A stretch of DNA of 64,000 bases, taken from Blastocystis sp. Blastoise. Its lineage: Eukaryota > Protista > Bigyra: Opalinata. The position numbers were made by a program, and so were the translations under genes. The notes under the pieces are model-generated. The model did no database searches. It worked only from the letters and a program-made list of their open reading frames with translations, and was not told where the DNA came from. Shown piece by piece: positions 61,319 through 64,000 of this stretch. Where the stretch lies: the NCBI GenBank assembly GCA_039096225.1, contig JBBPEB010000029.1, forward strand, positions 744,001-808,000, in the 5' to 3' direction. Numbering within the stretch: position 1 is the first letter of the stretch; every line of letters starts with the position of its first letter.

Positions 61319-63791
61319 ATGAGGTATCAATCCCTGTGTCTAGTAGGATTAATTTTGATGGTAGCTAATATTATTTATTTCTTGGTCTTGATAGGGATCT
61401 GTATACCGTATTTTAATCCTGCAAATCGCTTTAACGATAAAAAATTCGGGTAAATAGTATTCTTTTTTCATAATTTAGTATGATGAATAACATTTAAATA
61501 TATACAGTGGCAAAATCACTATTCGACAAGATGTGATAGCAGAACCTAAAACATTATTTTGTATTGAAATGTCTATTGATGGTCCTTCTTGTTTGAATCA
61601 CGATTCTTTATTCCTTAATTATTCATCTCCACAATGGTATTTAATTGATAAAATTCTTTATTAATCCTTTTAGGAAGGATGATTTTGATAATTTAAAGAA
61701 TATGTCGTCGTTACATAGAACAAGGTAATTTTATTGATTGTTTTTTGGGTTATTTATTTTAATATATATATTATTATAGTGATGAGTCATCTATAAAATG
61801 GCCAATTGTAAAGTATATATATATATATATTATTTATATGTATATTGTTTATTTAATTATATATATAAATATATAGAGAAGGTTATTCTTCAGAGGTTTT
61901 ATATCATGATTCAAAAGGATTTTCTATGTTATTATTTACTCAGGCATGCTATGCTGTTGAATCGAATGAATTTACTATATATGTTCAATCAAAAGACGAG
62001 GCTGAATATTTATTAGATACTATTGGAAAGTGTATAGAATATATATATTTATTATTATTATTATTATTGTTTTTATTAAGATTATATTTTTATAAGTTTT
62101 TTTTATTAAGATTCTATTTTTATAAAACTTATATTTTTATTAAGATTATCTTTATAATAATAATATTGCTAATAATAATATATTATTTATTTTAGTATTA
62201 TATCCTTCTATCTTTTTGAATGTACAAATAACTCCACCAGTAACTCTTACATTTGAACCTCAAGATTCTGTTTGGATACTTCCGATATCTTTAAAATTAG
62301 GTTATCTTTATATTATTGAATATCTTAATTATATACAAGAAATAATAATGTATAATTCTTATTATCCACAGGTATATATACTATTCTATTTATTATGATA
62401 CTTTCAATATAAATAAAGATAATAATAATAATTATATATATATATCATTAAATAATAAATATTTTATTTATATAGTTAAAGATGTTATATTTACCTTTTT
62501 ATTCTCTTGGCGAAGATGATTTTATAGATACATATATAAAGATGATTATTTCATTATTTCCTAACGATCATTCTCTACTTATAAAAGATAAAGATGATTT
62601 AAGTAATACTGCTACTAAAGAACAATTGTGTATGAAACAAGTGGTATGATATTTTATTTTATTTATTATTTTATTTATTATTTATTTAAACTTTTGTTTT
62701 ATTTTGTTTTATTTATTATATTATTATTTTATTTATTTTTATTTTATTTTATTTTATTGATTTATTATTAATTTATTAAAATTTTTATTTTATTTTATTT
62801 TATTTATTATATTATTATTTTATTTATTTTTTATTTATTTTTTTATATAAATTGAATCCCTATTCATAATATTTATATATTTATATATATAGGGTATGTT
62901 ATTTCCTTCTCTTTCTGTACCTTCCTATCCATTTTTAAGTATATATCAATCCGATCAAATACGTGCCTCTATGTATTCTTATTATCATTTATTATCCCAA
63001 GGAGTATCTTCTTTCTTACCTAATGTTACTATTAATACTGATATTCATATTAAACGATATAATATTAAATCACATATTGTGAATCTAGATCTTGTTAAAC
63101 AATTCTTTTTTACTAAAAAAGTATATATTTATTTTTTTTTATTTATTATACATATTATATTCATTATATTTTTTATGTTTATTACATATTTTTTTTATTC
63201 TATTTATTACATATTCTATTTATAATATATATTCTATTCTATATTAATAATAATAACAAAAATTATGTATATATAAAACATATATATATATAAATACCTA
63301 TTTCTTATATCTAGTTTCAATTTCGTTATCATCCCATATCGTTTTCTACTCTTTCTTCTTCTCAAATAATAAAACAGTTATTAATAACAGATATATTAGT
63401 AGGTATTGATAGTGATTGGATATTATATTCTATATTTCTACTTCCTTATTCAAATATACTTTTATATTCACCTCCCTCTCTTCCTGTTTCTCCTTATACA
63501 CAAATATTAGCTACTTTACCTTTATATTATGTACCTATATTTAATTATACTTTAATATTACCTGAATGTAAAGGAATATATAATTCATTATCTACTAATA
63601 TAACTTCTTTTTCAGATTATTCAGAAAGTTGTTTAAGAGCTAGTTATTCTACTGGTGTATATATATATCCTGGTGCTATGCTAAATCATCTTAGAACATT
63701 TGGTATACATTTACAAAGATATAAATATAAATATATACCTTATTATAAACCTAAAAAACGATTTGAAATGGATATTTTTAAACATATGTAA
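61319..63791 (+). CDS. Type II membrane protein, possibly a divergent GT61/DUF563-like glycosyltransferase
   Basis: 9 exons in frame to TAA 63789-63791. N-terminal signal-anchor SLCLVGLILMVANIIYFLVLIGICI. C-terminal QIIKQLLITDILVGIDSDWILYSIFLLPYSNILYI follows the GT61 pattern Q....D+L+G.HG....F+.P.S.++E. Confidence 0.55.
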
Positions 63792-64000
63792 TATATATAC
63801 ATATATATAATTAGTTTCCTACAAAAATTCATTTTTTTATTTTTTTTTCTAAAAATATTATTATAAAATGATATATATAATCATATAGAATATTGTTTTA
63901 ATACACTATTCCTGTGATATGCATATAATTATATAAATACTTAATATATTTTATTGTATTTTTACTTGATACCAGTTATTGTCGTTAGGATAACAATATA

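Noticed and set aside
62200-62208. ATATCCTT here and similar hits (14640, 55898, 63665, minus strand ~7759) as further minor donors
   Set aside because: Each lies inside an exon whose frame is already open with GT-AG splicing.

Overview
Extremely AT-rich, intron-rich eukaryotic nuclear DNA using the standard code. It is most likely an AT-rich Blastocystis-like stramenopile; this is inferred from gene content, not from a search. Splicing exons by hand gave 10 protein-coding genes: the 3' end of DDX46/Prp5; a ~2,450-aa single-pass surface protein; a 23-exon orphan with a mitochondrial-type presequence; ARP10; RPN5; a giant ARM-repeat gene (53110->20351); CENP-K; RFT1; peptide deformylase; and a GT61-like type II membrane protein. 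Four things stand out. (1) Three of about 78 introns are AT-initiated minor (U12-type) introns needed to keep the reading frame: two AT-AC and one apparently AT-AA, all with a drifted TCTTAAT branch site. (2) A GC-rich quasi-palindromic 14-mer (ATWMY-CRYG-RKWAT, strongest form TCCCRYG) recurs about 20 times in exons (via rare codons), an intron and promoters, but was not seen in a 30-kb exon. (3) The two giant ORFs are one reading frame: a 29,864-nt terminal exon broken by a single in-frame TAA. Read through, it encodes 10,597 aa, and its 5' exons each hold about one ARM repeat, all in phase 1. (4) Major introns are often bracketed by self-complementary (AT)n tracts, and one intron is simply GT(AT)23AG. 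No rRNA, tRNA, CRISPR or transposon was recognised. Gene identities rest on recalled motifs and counts were done by eye.
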